Shown here: positions 9,247 to 19,979 of the stretch, piece after piece
Layout of the letters: each line of letters begins with the position of its first letter
How positions within the stretch are numbered: the stretch's first letter is position 1
DNA from: a virus
Taxonomy: Duplodnaviria > Heunggongvirae > Uroviricota > Caudoviricetes
Virus record (IMG/VR): IMGVR_UViG_2563366874_000010
Direction: 5' to 3' (one strand)
Length of the DNA stretch: 36,400 bases
Program-made: the position numbers and the translations under genes
Notes under the pieces: generated by a model
What the model saw: only the letters and a program-made list of their open reading frames with translations
What the model was told of the DNA's origin: nothing
The model's database searches: none

Positions 9247-9480
9247 ATGCGCATTGAAATAATGATCGATAAAGAGCAGAAGATTAGCCAGTCTACCCTG
9301 GACGCCCTTGAATCCGAGCTTTACCGCAATCTGCGCCCCCTGTATCCCAAAACGGTAATTCGTATCCGTAAAGGTAGCTCTAACGGTGTGGAACTGACCG
9401 GACTGCAACTGGATGAAGAAAGAAAACAAGTGATGAAAATTATGCAGAAGGTGTGGGAAGACGACAGCTGGCTGCATTAA
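9247..9480 (+). CDS. DinI-family protein (Tum C-terminal-like)
   Basis: 77 aa starting MRIEI, resembling recalled E. coli DinI (MRIEV...DAL..EL...WE..D.W); RBS GAGGTGA upstream. Confidence 0.8.
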   Translation: MRIEIMIDKEQKISQSTLDALESELYRNLRPLYPKTVIRIRKGSSNGVELTGLQLDEERKQVMKIMQKVWEDDSWLH

Positions 9481-9672
9481 GAAACGTTGCCCCCAGGAGG
9501 ATTCATTCTGATGGGGGCTAGTTTGGGCAACGAGTGAAACGAGGCGTAAGGTGGGTGGGCATTTTGATAAGTGATCGTCCGCTTTGTGTCAGAAGCAGAA
9601 GTGGGAGTGTCTGAGACTCTCTAAAAGTTGATGATTCACTTACAAAACCATTTTCCTGATGAATGCTTACAC

Positions 9673-10008
9673 TTACGAATGATCATTCTGTTTAGTCTTC
9701 ATGAGAAAATCCCGAATCTTTGCCAAGTTTGAATTTTCGGGGATTGAATCCATGTACGGATCACGCTCAAACACTAATTGCTCAGATTCAACGAAAGCCT
9801 GCCACTCTACTGGGTCTAGCTCAAATCCCATTGCTGTCATATCACTTTCATCTTCCCCCTCGATCCAGTGGACTAAATAAAACAATTCATCATCAGGAGA
9901 ATCATCCTCACCATCAACAATATCAACATCGGTTACAGTGATACGTAGGGTGGGATCGATTTTTGAGACATAAATTCCTAACTGTGGTATAGGGGGAATA
10001 TTGTTCAT
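9673..10008 (-). CDS. Small strongly acidic protein, unknown function; cargo
   Basis: 111-aa ORF with strong RBS (AAAAGGAG) before ATG at 10008; D/E-rich runs (DGEDDSPDDE, EGEDESD); convergent with the SOS module. Confidence 0.7.
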   Translation of the reverse strand: MNNIPPIPQLGIYVSKIDPTLRITVTDVDIVDGEDDSPDDELFYLVHWIEGEDESDMTAMGFELDPVEWQAFVESEQLVFERDPYMDSIPENSNLAKIRDFLMKTKQNDHS

Positions 10009-10387
10009 GGAAACTCCTTTTATTGGTGTTTGCTATTTGAATAAAAATACGCCAAACAGAGTGTTAACTGTGAATATGGAAAGAATCGTTGTAAGTACCC
10101 CGCTTAGGTGTCCCATTCTATTTTAGAGGTTCTCGTGCATATGGATTATGTTATCTGAAAGCTAACTTCCGCTTCCCGTTCACAGCGAACATTCATCTTT
10201 GTAAACCCGTATGATCCGTTTTTCAAGTGGCCATTCAGATACGGATTTTCACTTCCTTGACAGTGCATGACTATGCTGCATGAAATCGCATGATCGATTG
10301 AGGATCGTCTTTGCTCAGATCCGCCAGAACTGGCGGGCTTTTGCTCATGTCATGCATGTGCATGAAAACCACTGCATAAAGCGGGCA

Positions 10388-10406
10388 GGCGTGGCGGGGA
10401 TACGAG
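10388..10406. other. Candidate cos cohesive-end sequence (GGCGTGGCGGGGATACGAG)
   Basis: First 13 nt match the recalled P2/186 cos 19-mer family (GGCG[A/T]GGCGGGGA); hairpin plus T-tract (10321-10342) just upstream. Confidence 0.35.
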
Positions 10407-10458
10407 CGCGCGCTATCACCGAAAATAGCCAAAATACTTCTGGAAAACAGAAAGTTGA

Positions 10459-12405
<1,947 letters not shown>

Positions 12406-12409
12406 TGAA

Positions 12410-12444
12410 CAGCCCTAACGTTATGAACGCTAAGGCTGATTTTT
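12410..12444 (+). terminator. Weak hairpin plus T-tract after the RT gene
   Basis: CAGCC (12410-12414) pairs with GGCTG (12434-12438), followed by ATTTTT. Confidence 0.3.
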
Positions 12445-12446
12445 CG

Positions 12447-13475
12447 TTAAAATTTATATGGTTTGAATTGTAATATATTATCTTCAAGCCATTTATTTAA
12501 TTCCTGCATCCTTTTCTGTAAGGGTATTAATTCGTTCCTCACAAACACTAAACTCGCTTTTTCCACATCCCCAAACCCCCCAACATTATTCGGCATAATC
12601 CCCATCATTTGCGGTGGCACACGATGCGCTGCCATCATGTCATCGCGGCTGACATTTTTGATATTCAGAAACTCATCCTTCGCCGCGACTTCTGACAATG
12701 GGATGATCTGAAGTCCGTCCTTTTTGCCGTTAGGCGAGTACATAAACAGATTGCGGAAGTTACCTGGTCCTTTGGCGCTTTTCATCGCATTGCGGAGGTT
12801 GTTCACATCCTCCTGGTTCTGCGCAGCATCGGTCATGTACATGATGAAGCCTGCATGACTGCCGTTAATGTAATACGTGCGGCGGAACAGCGTGGCGGAC
12901 TCGTTGAGCAGAGCTGACGGAATGGCAGAAAGATAACCGGGCAGGCCGTAGATCTCCTGGTTGATGTCCGGTTCCAACAGATGAAAGATGCTGCCTTTCG
13001 TGAACTGATACGGCTGGGTTGTCATACCGTATTGCACAAACCAGTAGGTATCCAGGTCTAACCCGCGTCGGGTGTATTTTGCCAGCGCAGGCTCAAGAGC
13101 GATGACCTCTCCGAAGCGGTTCGTGCGTTTTTCCAGGTAGGCGTTACCAAAAACCAGATAGTCCTGTACAAAACGCGAAAAAGCCTGCTGGCTGAGCAGC
13201 GGGTGAGGGATGTAGGTGCTGGTCAGAATGTTGCATTTCACCGCAATTGGTGAACTGTGATGCACGGCAGCGCGGAAGGTGCGCGCCAGTCCGTCAAAGC
13301 TGACAGGAGGCTCATACCAGCGATCTGTCTGTACGCATTCCACATAGTCCAGCAGTTCGCGGCGGTCAAGTACAGGAACGGGATCACCGAAGCTGAATGC
13401 TTCGGCTGAAGTCTGGCTTTTATGCTTGAGCTGATTCGTCGCCGCAGCGCGGTTTTTCTTACTCTTTCCCATCAA
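12447..13475 (-). CDS. Q: Portal protein, P2 gpQ-like
   Basis: 342-aa ORF, leftward, overlapping the terminase gene; size and position as in P2. Confidence 0.85.
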   Translation of the reverse strand: MMGKSKKNRAAATNQLKHKSQTSAEAFSFGDPVPVLDRRELLDYVECVQTDRWYEPPVSFDGLARTFRAAVHHSSPIAVKCNILTSTYIPHPLLSQQAFSRFVQDYLVFGNAYLEKRTNRFGEVIALEPALAKYTRRGLDLDTYWFVQYGMTTQPYQFTKGSIFHLLEPDINQEIYGLPGYLSAIPSALLNESATLFRRTYYINGSHAGFIMYMTDAAQNQEDVNNLRNAMKSAKGPGNFRNLFMYSPNGKKDGLQIIPLSEVAAKDEFLNIKNVSRDDMMAAHRVPPQMMGIMPNNVGGFGDVEKASLVFVRNELIPLQKRMQELNKWLEDNILQFKPYKF

Positions 13476-15238
13476 AAAATCTCCACAATATTGCTGGTAT
13501 TGGCGGATTCGCCCTGCAGCGGTTCGTTAAACAATGCGTGCATCGTTGCCCAGGCCAGATCGGCGTGGCTGGCTTCTTCGCTGCGGCTGGCTTCATAGGT
13601 CGGGCGGTTGCCGCTGGCGGTGGTGGCGCGACGGATTGCCATGAAGGACTGCGCAATGTCGGTGTGTCCGGCGTCAAATTCTAGGCGGCGGTGACTGATA
13701 ATGTCGTAGGCCTTGAGTACCAGGGCGTTTTTAACGTTGGGGTTGTAGACAAACTCCCGGACGGCAGGAAAGAATGCTTTCACGTTCTCGTAAACCCCGT
13801 GGCCGACGCCAGTTGAGTCGATGCCGATGTATGTCACGTTGTACTGTTCGGTCAGTTTTTTGATGGCGTCAGCCTGGGCGCGGAAGTCCATCCCGCGCCA
13901 CTGGTGACGCTCAAGAATGCGGAACTTACCGCCCGGCACGGCTGGCGGTGCCACCACCACGCACCCGGCGCTGTCGCCGTTTTGCGTACCTTTTGCCGGG
14001 TCATAACCGATCCACACTTCGCGCCAGCCAAACGGGCGCAGGGCCAGTGCATGAAAGTCGGTCCAGACTTCCCAGCTGTCCACCATGCACGCCTGCAGCT
14101 CGCTGAGCGGGAACACGGACGCGAGATCGTCCACGAATTCACACATCAGCAGGTTCTGGTATTCGTCCGGGCTGTATTCCATGCGCAACTGGTCAAGGTC
14201 GAACAGGTTACAGCCGCCGCGCACCGCATCTTCCACGGTGACTATCTGGCGGTATTGCCCGTCTGCACACAGCAGGCCTGGAGCCAGATTGCTGTGGGAC
14301 AGGTCGATGTCCACCTTGTCGGCTTTATTGCGCCCACGGTTGAATAGCGCACCGGACCAGAACGGATAAGCACTGTGTGTCAGGCTGGATGGCGTGGAAA
14401 AATAGGTTTGTCGCCATTTTTTGTGAATAGCCATACCGGAAGCCACTTTGCGCAGCTCCTGGAATTTCGGTATCCAGAAATATTCATCCAGATACAGGTT
14501 GCCGTGATAACTCTGGGCCGTGCGGGCATTGGTGCCGAGGAAGTAAAGCGTGGCCCCGTTAGGAAGCACCATCGGATCGCCTTTCAACTCCACCTCCACT
14601 TCTTTGGCGAAGTCGATGATGTACTGCTTAAAGACGTGGGCCTGTGCCTTGCTGGCGGAAAGGAAAATCTGGTTACGTCCGGTCAGCAGGGCGTCAATCA
14701 GGGCTTCACGGGCAAAGTAAAAGGTCGCGCCGATCTGGCGTGACTTCAGCAGGTTGCGGATGCGGTTGGTTTTTCCGGCTTCCCACCAGTGGCGCTGGTA
14801 GTTGAACATGGAGGAATGGAAGATTTCTTCCAGCTTCTCAATCTGCTCATCGGTGAAAACATTCTTTTCCGACTGACGGCGTGGGCCTTTGTTGCGGTTG
14901 GCGACGTTAGGGTTTAAGTCGGATTCGTTGCCGCCATTGTTAAACTTGCCGATCCGCGCGTGGCGCTCAGACTGGCGCGCCAGCAGGTCAATCTCTTTGA
15001 AATCTTTCCCTTCTTTGTGCTCCTTCATGATGAGCTGGCAGTAGCGTGCGGCGGTGGTGAGCTGCATCTGATCCAGCGGCCCATAGTCACCCCACTTGTC
15101 GCGTTTTTTCCAGCTGTGAACGGTTGCAACTTTCTCGCCCAGCATTTCAGCAATGCGGGCTACGCGGTATCCCTGAAAGTACAGCAGCATGGCCTGCCGA
15201 CGGGGATCGAGATCTGCGGGTGTCAGTGTGGTGTTCAT
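13472..15238 (-). CDS. P: Terminase large (ATPase) subunit, P2 gpP-like
   Basis: 588-aa ORF; position and length as in P2 gpP; start overlaps the Q gene end. Confidence 0.9.
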   Translation of the reverse strand: MNTTLTPADLDPRRQAMLLYFQGYRVARIAEMLGEKVATVHSWKKRDKWGDYGPLDQMQLTTAARYCQLIMKEHKEGKDFKEIDLLARQSERHARIGKFNNGGNESDLNPNVANRNKGPRRQSEKNVFTDEQIEKLEEIFHSSMFNYQRHWWEAGKTNRIRNLLKSRQIGATFYFAREALIDALLTGRNQIFLSASKAQAHVFKQYIIDFAKEVEVELKGDPMVLPNGATLYFLGTNARTAQSYHGNLYLDEYFWIPKFQELRKVASGMAIHKKWRQTYFSTPSSLTHSAYPFWSGALFNRGRNKADKVDIDLSHSNLAPGLLCADGQYRQIVTVEDAVRGGCNLFDLDQLRMEYSPDEYQNLLMCEFVDDLASVFPLSELQACMVDSWEVWTDFHALALRPFGWREVWIGYDPAKGTQNGDSAGCVVVAPPAVPGGKFRILERHQWRGMDFRAQADAIKKLTEQYNVTYIGIDSTGVGHGVYENVKAFFPAVREFVYNPNVKNALVLKAYDIISHRRLEFDAGHTDIAQSFMAIRRATTASGNRPTYEASRSEEASHADLAWATMHALFNEPLQGESANTSNIVEIF

Positions 15239-15284
15239 GGCACAAACCTACAGCCTTGAATGAAGGCTTTCCCCGCCTGCGGTT

Positions 15285-15302
15285 TGTGTGGTTGTCGGTA
15301 CA
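15285..15302. promoter_or_regulatory. Late-promoter activator site TGT-N12-ACA (Ogr/B type) in the divergent P/O region
   Basis: TGTGTGGTTGTCGGTACA, about 80 bp upstream of the O start codon. Confidence 0.5.
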
Positions 15303-15380
15303 AATACCGCGCATTGTTTCACTGCCCCCATCACCGCAACCATAAGGCTCCAGTAAGTTTTTTCTAACGGAGCACGGCTC

Positions 15381-16214
15381 ATGACAGTGAAAGCAAAGCG
15401 TTTTCGCATCGGGGTGGAAGGTGCCACCACCGACGGACGCGAAATCCAGCGTGAATGGCTGGAACAGATGGCAGCCAGCTACAACCCGGCGGTGTATACC
15501 GCGCTGATTAACCTTGAGCACATCAAGTCTTATCTGCCGGACAGCACCTTTAACCGCTACGGCAAGGTGACTGCGCTGTTTGCTGAAGAAATCACGGAAG
15601 GTCCGCTGGCAGGCAAGATGGCGCTGTATGCCGACGTTGAGCCAACGGAGTCCCTGGTGGAACTGGTGAAAAAAGGCCAGAAATTATTCACCTCTATGGA
15701 AGTCAGCCCGAAGTTTGCTGATACGGGCAAAGCCTACCTGGTCGGCCTGGCTGCCACTGATGACCCTGCCAGTCTGGGCACTGAAATGCTGACATTCAGC
15801 GCCAGTGCAGCCCATAACCCGCTGGCAAACCGCAAGCAGAATCCCGCCAATCTTTTTACCGCTGCAGAGGAAACGGTGATCGAACTGGAAGAAATCCAGG
15901 ATGACAAACCGTCCCTGTTTGCCCGTGTCACGGCGCTGTTCACCAAAAAAGAGCAGTCCGATGACGCCCGGTTCTCTGATGTGCATAAGGCCGTGGAACT
16001 GGTCGCCACTGAGCAGCAGAACCTGAGTGCGCGCACCGAAAAATCCCTGTCTGAGCAGGAAGAACACCTGTCTGAGCTGGAGACTGCCCTGCAGGCACAG
16101 CAGACCGCCTTTAACGAACTGGTGGACAAGCTGAGCCATGAAGACAGCCGCCAGGACTACCGCCAGCGTGCAACAGGCGGTAACGCCCCCGCTGACACTC
16201 TGACCAATTGCTGA
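15381..16214 (+). CDS. O: Capsid scaffolding protein, P2 gpO-like
   Basis: 277 aa; N-terminus (FRIGVEG..DGR.I......EQMA..Y.P.VY...INLEH) matches recalled gpO. Confidence 0.9.
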   Translation: MTVKAKRFRIGVEGATTDGREIQREWLEQMAASYNPAVYTALINLEHIKSYLPDSTFNRYGKVTALFAEEITEGPLAGKMALYADVEPTESLVELVKKGQKLFTSMEVSPKFADTGKAYLVGLAATDDPASLGTEMLTFSASAAHNPLANRKQNPANLFTAAEETVIELEEIQDDKPSLFARVTALFTKKEQSDDARFSDVHKAVELVATEQQNLSARTEKSLSEQEEHLSELETALQAQQTAFNELVDKLSHEDSRQDYRQRATGGNAPADTLTNC

Positions 16215-16230
16215 TGGAGCACAAAACCTG

Positions 16231-17289
16231 ATGAAGAAGAATACCCGCTTTGCTTTTAACGCTTACCTGCAGCAACTGGCGCGTCTGAACGGTGTGGCAG
16301 TTGAAGAACTGTCCAGCAAGTTCACCGTAGAGCCGTCCGTGCAGCAGACATTGGAAGACCAGATTCAGCAGTCCGCCGCTTTCCTGACGCTGATTAACGT
16401 CACGCCAGTGACTGAGCAGTCCGGTCAGCTGCTGGGGCTGGGTGTTGGCAGCACCATTGCCGGAACCACTGATACCACAGCTAAAGAGCGTGAGCCTGTC
16501 GATCCGACGCTGATGGTCGATGTGGAATATAAATGCGAGCAGACCAACTTTGACACGGTGCTGACCTACGCGAAGCTGGATCTGTGGGCGAAGTTTCAGG
16601 ATTTCCAGGTGCGCATCCGTGACGCCATCGTGAAACGTCAGGCACTGGACCGCATCATGATCGGCTTTAACGGCGTGAAGCGTGCGAAAACCTCCAACCG
16701 TAGCGAAAACCCGCTGCTGCAGGATGTGAATAAAGGCTGGCTGCAGAAAATCCGTGAGGATGCACCGGATCACGTCATGGGCAGCACCACCACGGGCGGT
16801 GAAACCACACCGGGCGCGGTGAAAGTCGGTAAAGGTGGCGAATATGCCAACCTGGACGCCGTAGTGATGGATGCTGTTAATGAGCTTATCGACGTGGTCT
16901 ACCAGGACGATGACGATCTGGTGGTGATTTGCGGTCGTGAACTGCTGTCTGACAAGTATTTCCCGCTGGTCAACAAAGAGCAGGAAAACAGTGAAAAACT
17001 GGCTGCCGATATGATCATCAGTCAGAAACGCATGGGTGGCCTGCAGGCGGTGCGTGCGCCGTTCTTCCCGCCGAATGCGCTGCTGATCACCCGTCTGGAT
17101 AACCTGTCCATTTACTGGCAGGAAGACACCCGCCGCCGTTCGGTTATCGACAACCCGAAACGTGACCGGATTGAAAATTTTGAATCCGTTAACGAAGCCT
17201 ACGTGGTTGAGGACTACCGCTGCGCCGCACTGGTGGAAAACATCCAGATTGGCGACTTCAGCGCCACCGCAGCAGAAGCCGGAGCGTAA
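16231..17289 (+). CDS. N: Major capsid protein, P2 gpN-like
   Basis: 352-aa ORF following the scaffold gene. Confidence 0.9.
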   Translation: MKKNTRFAFNAYLQQLARLNGVAVEELSSKFTVEPSVQQTLEDQIQQSAAFLTLINVTPVTEQSGQLLGLGVGSTIAGTTDTTAKEREPVDPTLMVDVEYKCEQTNFDTVLTYAKLDLWAKFQDFQVRIRDAIVKRQALDRIMIGFNGVKRAKTSNRSENPLLQDVNKGWLQKIREDAPDHVMGSTTTGGETTPGAVKVGKGGEYANLDAVVMDAVNELIDVVYQDDDDLVVICGRELLSDKYFPLVNKEQENSEKLAADMIISQKRMGGLQAVRAPFFPPNALLITRLDNLSIYWQEDTRRRSVIDNPKRDRIENFESVNEAYVVEDYRCAALVENIQIGDFSATAAEAGA

Positions 17290-17292
17290 ACC

Positions 17293-17943
17293 ATGAGCCT
17301 GAGTCCCGCACGGCAGCATCGCCTGCGCGTTCAGGCTGAACAGGCCGCCCGCGAGGGTGGCAGCGTTCGCCACGCGTCGGGCTATGACCTGATGCTGCTG
17401 CAACTGGCGGAAGACCGCCGCCGTCTCAAGGGCGTTCAGTCCACGGTCAAAAAAGCGGAAATCAAGGTGGAGCTGCTACCGAAATATGCCGCCTGGGCGG
17501 AGGGCGTCCTGGCTGCCGGAGGCGCTCAACAGGATGACGTGCTGATGTACGTGATGCTGTGGCGCATTGATGCCGGAGATTATGCCGGGGCGCTGGAGAT
17601 TGGGCGTCATGCCCTGCGTCATGGCTGGGTGATGCCGCTGGGTAACCGCAATGTGCAGACCGTGCTGGCAGAGGAAATGGCTGACGCGGCACAGAGCGCA
17701 ATGCTTGCCGCCACCGGCTTTGATGCCGATCTGTTGTTGCAGACGCTGGAGCTGACAGACGGTCTGGATATGCCGGACCAGTCACGGGCGCGTCTGCATA
17801 AAGCGATTGGCGCTGTCCTGAGTGAAAGCAATCCGGCTTCCGCCCTTAATCATCTCAACCATGCGTTACAGCTCGATCCCCGCTGTGGCGTGAAAAAAGA
17901 CAAACAGCAGCTGGAGCGCAGACTGCGCAATGACAGCCGCTGA
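17293..17943 (+). CDS. M: Terminase small (endonuclease) subunit, P2 gpM-like
   Basis: 216-aa ORF directly after the capsid gene. Confidence 0.85.
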   Translation: MSLSPARQHRLRVQAEQAAREGGSVRHASGYDLMLLQLAEDRRRLKGVQSTVKKAEIKVELLPKYAAWAEGVLAAGGAQQDDVLMYVMLWRIDAGDYAGALEIGRHALRHGWVMPLGNRNVQTVLAEEMADAAQSAMLAATGFDADLLLQTLELTDGLDMPDQSRARLHKAIGAVLSESNPASALNHLNHALQLDPRCGVKKDKQQLERRLRNDSR

Positions 17944-18038
17944 CAGAACGTGCCCCCGCGCACGGGCGGCACGGGGTGGCGAAAGGCACAGCCACATCAA
18001 AACCCCGTCCACCGCCCTTTATTTCAGGAGAAAGCAGC

Positions 18039-18503
18039 ATGAAGTTTGTTGCGCCAGAACAGGCACCGGAACAGGCGGAAATCATCAGGAATACGCCGTT
18101 CTGGCCTGATGTGGACTTGTCGGAGTTTCGCAGTGTCATGCGTACTGACGGCACGGTGACGCAGCCGCGTTTAAAGCAGGTTGCGCTGTCGGCAATTTCG
18201 GAGGTCAACGCAGAGCTGTATGAGTTTCGCAGACGTCAGCAGATGCTGGGGTATGCGTCGCTGGCTGAGGTTCCGGCGGAACAGCTGGACGGCAAAAGTG
18301 AGCGCATTCATCACTATTTCAACGCGGTTTACTGCTGGGCACGCGCCATGCTCAATGAGCGTTATCAGGACTATGACGCCACGGCGTCCGGTGTGAAGCG
18401 GGGCGAGGAACTGGCGGAAGCAAGCGGTGATTTGTGGCGTGACGCCCGCTGGGCCATCAGCCGGGTACAGGATGCGCCGCACTGCACAGTGGAGCTTATC
18501 TGA
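18039..18503 (+). CDS. L: Head completion/stabilisation protein, P2 gpL-like
   Basis: RBS CAGGAGAAAG before ATG 18039; position between M and X. Confidence 0.8.
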   Translation: MKFVAPEQAPEQAEIIRNTPFWPDVDLSEFRSVMRTDGTVTQPRLKQVALSAISEVNAELYEFRRRQQMLGYASLAEVPAEQLDGKSERIHHYFNAVYCWARAMLNERYQDYDATASGVKRGEELAEASGDLWRDARWAISRVQDAPHCTVELI

Positions 18504-18706
18504 TGAAAGTGCGTGCGCATCAGTATGACACGGTGGACGCGCTTTGCTGGCGTCATTACGGGCGCACGCAGGGTGTCACGGAGCAGGTACTGAAGGCAAA
18601 TCCGGGGCTTGCCGAATACGGCCCCTTTTTACCTCACGGGCTGCAGGTGGAGCTGCCGGACATTCCGACAACCACCACCGTGCAGACCGTCCAGCTATGG
18701 GACTGA
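18503..18706 (+). CDS. X: Tail protein X (LysM-like), P2 gpX-like
   Basis: 67 aa, same size as P2 gpX. Confidence 0.8.
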   Translation: MKVRAHQYDTVDALCWRHYGRTQGVTEQVLKANPGLAEYGPFLPHGLQVELPDIPTTTTVQTVQLWD

Positions 18707-18709
18707 ATT

Positions 18710-18925
18710 ATGACGCTTGAGCGAATCAGCGCCTTTATCACGTATTGCATCGCCGTTGTGCTGGCCTGGCTGGGCGATTTGTCCATCAAGGATATCTCAA
18801 CGCTGGGCGGCCTGATGATTGGTGTGCTGATGCTGGCTATCAACTGGTACTACAAACACAAAGCCTACCAGCTTCTGCGCGACGGGCAGATCTCGCGGGA
18901 GGACTATGAATCCATCAATCGTTAA
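18710..18925 (+). CDS. Holin (two-TMD, pinholin-like)
   Basis: 71 aa with two hydrophobic segments and charged C-terminus; directly precedes the endolysin. Confidence 0.7.
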   Translation: MTLERISAFITYCIAVVLAWLGDLSIKDISTLGGLMIGVLMLAINWYYKHKAYQLLRDGQISREDYESINR

Positions 18926-19421
18926 ACGCTGCCTTGTCGGGGCTGTGCTGGCTATTGCTGCCACGCTGCCGGGTTTTCAGCAGCTTCACACCTCCGTGGA
19001 GGGACTGAAACTGATCGCCGATTACGAAGGCTGTCGTCTGCAGCCGTATCAGTGCAGCGCGGGCGTCTGGACCGACGGAATTGGTAATACGTCGGGCGTC
19101 ATTCCCGGCAAAACTATTACGGAACGACAGGCAGCAGAAGGGCTGATCTCCAACGTGCTGCGTGTGGAGCGGGCGCTGGAAAGGTGTGTGAAGCAACAGC
19201 CGCCGCAGAAGGTGTATGACGCTACGGTGTCGTTTGCCTTCAACGTGGGAACGGGCAATGCCTGCAGTTCCACACTGGTGAAATTGCTCAATCAGCGGCG
19301 CTGGGCAGATGCGTGCCGACAGTTGCCGCGCTGGGTGTATGTAAAAGGTGTGTTTAATCAGGGGCTGGATAACCGCCGCGTGCGGGAGATGGCCTGGTGC
19401 CTTAAAGGAGCTGGACGATGA
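18906..19421 (+). CDS. Endolysin, lysozyme family, with N-terminal signal-anchor-release (SAR)-like segment
   Basis: 171 aa; N-terminal weakly hydrophobic Gly/Ala-rich stretch (LVGAVLAIAATLPGF) followed by a lysozyme-like domain resembling recalled phage P21 R. Confidence 0.8.
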   Translation: MNPSIVKRCLVGAVLAIAATLPGFQQLHTSVEGLKLIADYEGCRLQPYQCSAGVWTDGIGNTSGVIPGKTITERQAAEGLISNVLRVERALERCVKQQPPQKVYDATVSFAFNVGTGNACSSTLVKLLNQRRWADACRQLPRWVYVKGVFNQGLDNRRVREMAWCLKGAGR

Positions 19422-19846
19422 CGCGTGCGCTGGCAGTAGTGGTGGCGCTGGTACTCGTTGCGCTGGGCTGGCAGTCGTGGCGGCTTAACAGCGCCAGCCA
19501 CACCATCGAAACGCAGCGCGCGGCGCTAGAAAGTAAAGCGCAGGAACTAACGAAGAAAAATAGCCAGTTGATCAGTCTGTCCATTCTGGCTGAAACCAAC
19601 AACCGGGAGCAGGCGCGGCTCTATGCCGACGCAGAACAGACCAGCGCACTGCTGAGACAACGACAACGCCGGATTGAGGAACTGAAACGTGAGAACGAGG
19701 ATTTACGCCGCTGGGCTGATACTCCTTTGCCTGCTGACATTATCCGGCTGCGGGAACGCCCCACACTCACCGGAGGTGCAGCTTACCGTCAGTGGTTGTC
19801 CGCGAGTGACGCCGTGCCGGCTGGATCAGGCAGCGCCGCGCACTAA
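19418..19846 (+). CDS. i-spanin (Rz/LysB-like)
   Basis: 142 aa with N-terminal TMD and coiled-coil periplasmic region, after the endolysin. Confidence 0.75.
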   Translation: MTRALAVVVALVLVALGWQSWRLNSASHTIETQRAALESKAQELTKKNSQLISLSILAETNNREQARLYADAEQTSALLRQRQRRIEELKRENEDLRRWADTPLPADIIRLRERPTLTGGAAYRQWLSASDAVPAGSGSAAH

Positions 19847-19979
19847 CGGTGATCTGAACGCATTGCTGGATGAAACGGAGGCCGCCTGGGCGGTCTGTGC
19901 AGACAAAGTGGATATGATTATTGCGTGTCAGGAGCGAAACAGTGAACAAACCACAATCCCTGCGCCACGCCCTCAATAA
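19689..19979 (+). CDS. o-spanin (Rz1/LysC-like lipoprotein), overlapping the i-spanin in another frame
   Basis: Signal peptide with lipobox LTLSGC and proline-rich C-terminus; non-ATG (GTG) start assumed. Confidence 0.55.
   Translation: MRTRIYAAGLILLCLLTLSGCGNAPHSPEVQLTVSGCPRVTPCRLDQAAPRTNGDLNALLDETEAAWAVCADKVDMIIACQERNSEQTTIPAPRPQ

Noticed and set aside
9048-9480. Toxin-antitoxin pair interpretation of the small ORF plus DinI-like ORF
   Set aside because: The LexA box and DinI similarity point to an SOS-controlled antirepressor module instead; neither ORF resembles a known toxin fold by eye.
12406-12446. cos site expected immediately next to the portal gene end, as in P2
   Set aside because: The 41-bp gap contains no GC-rich cos-like 19-mer; the better candidate is at 10388-10406.
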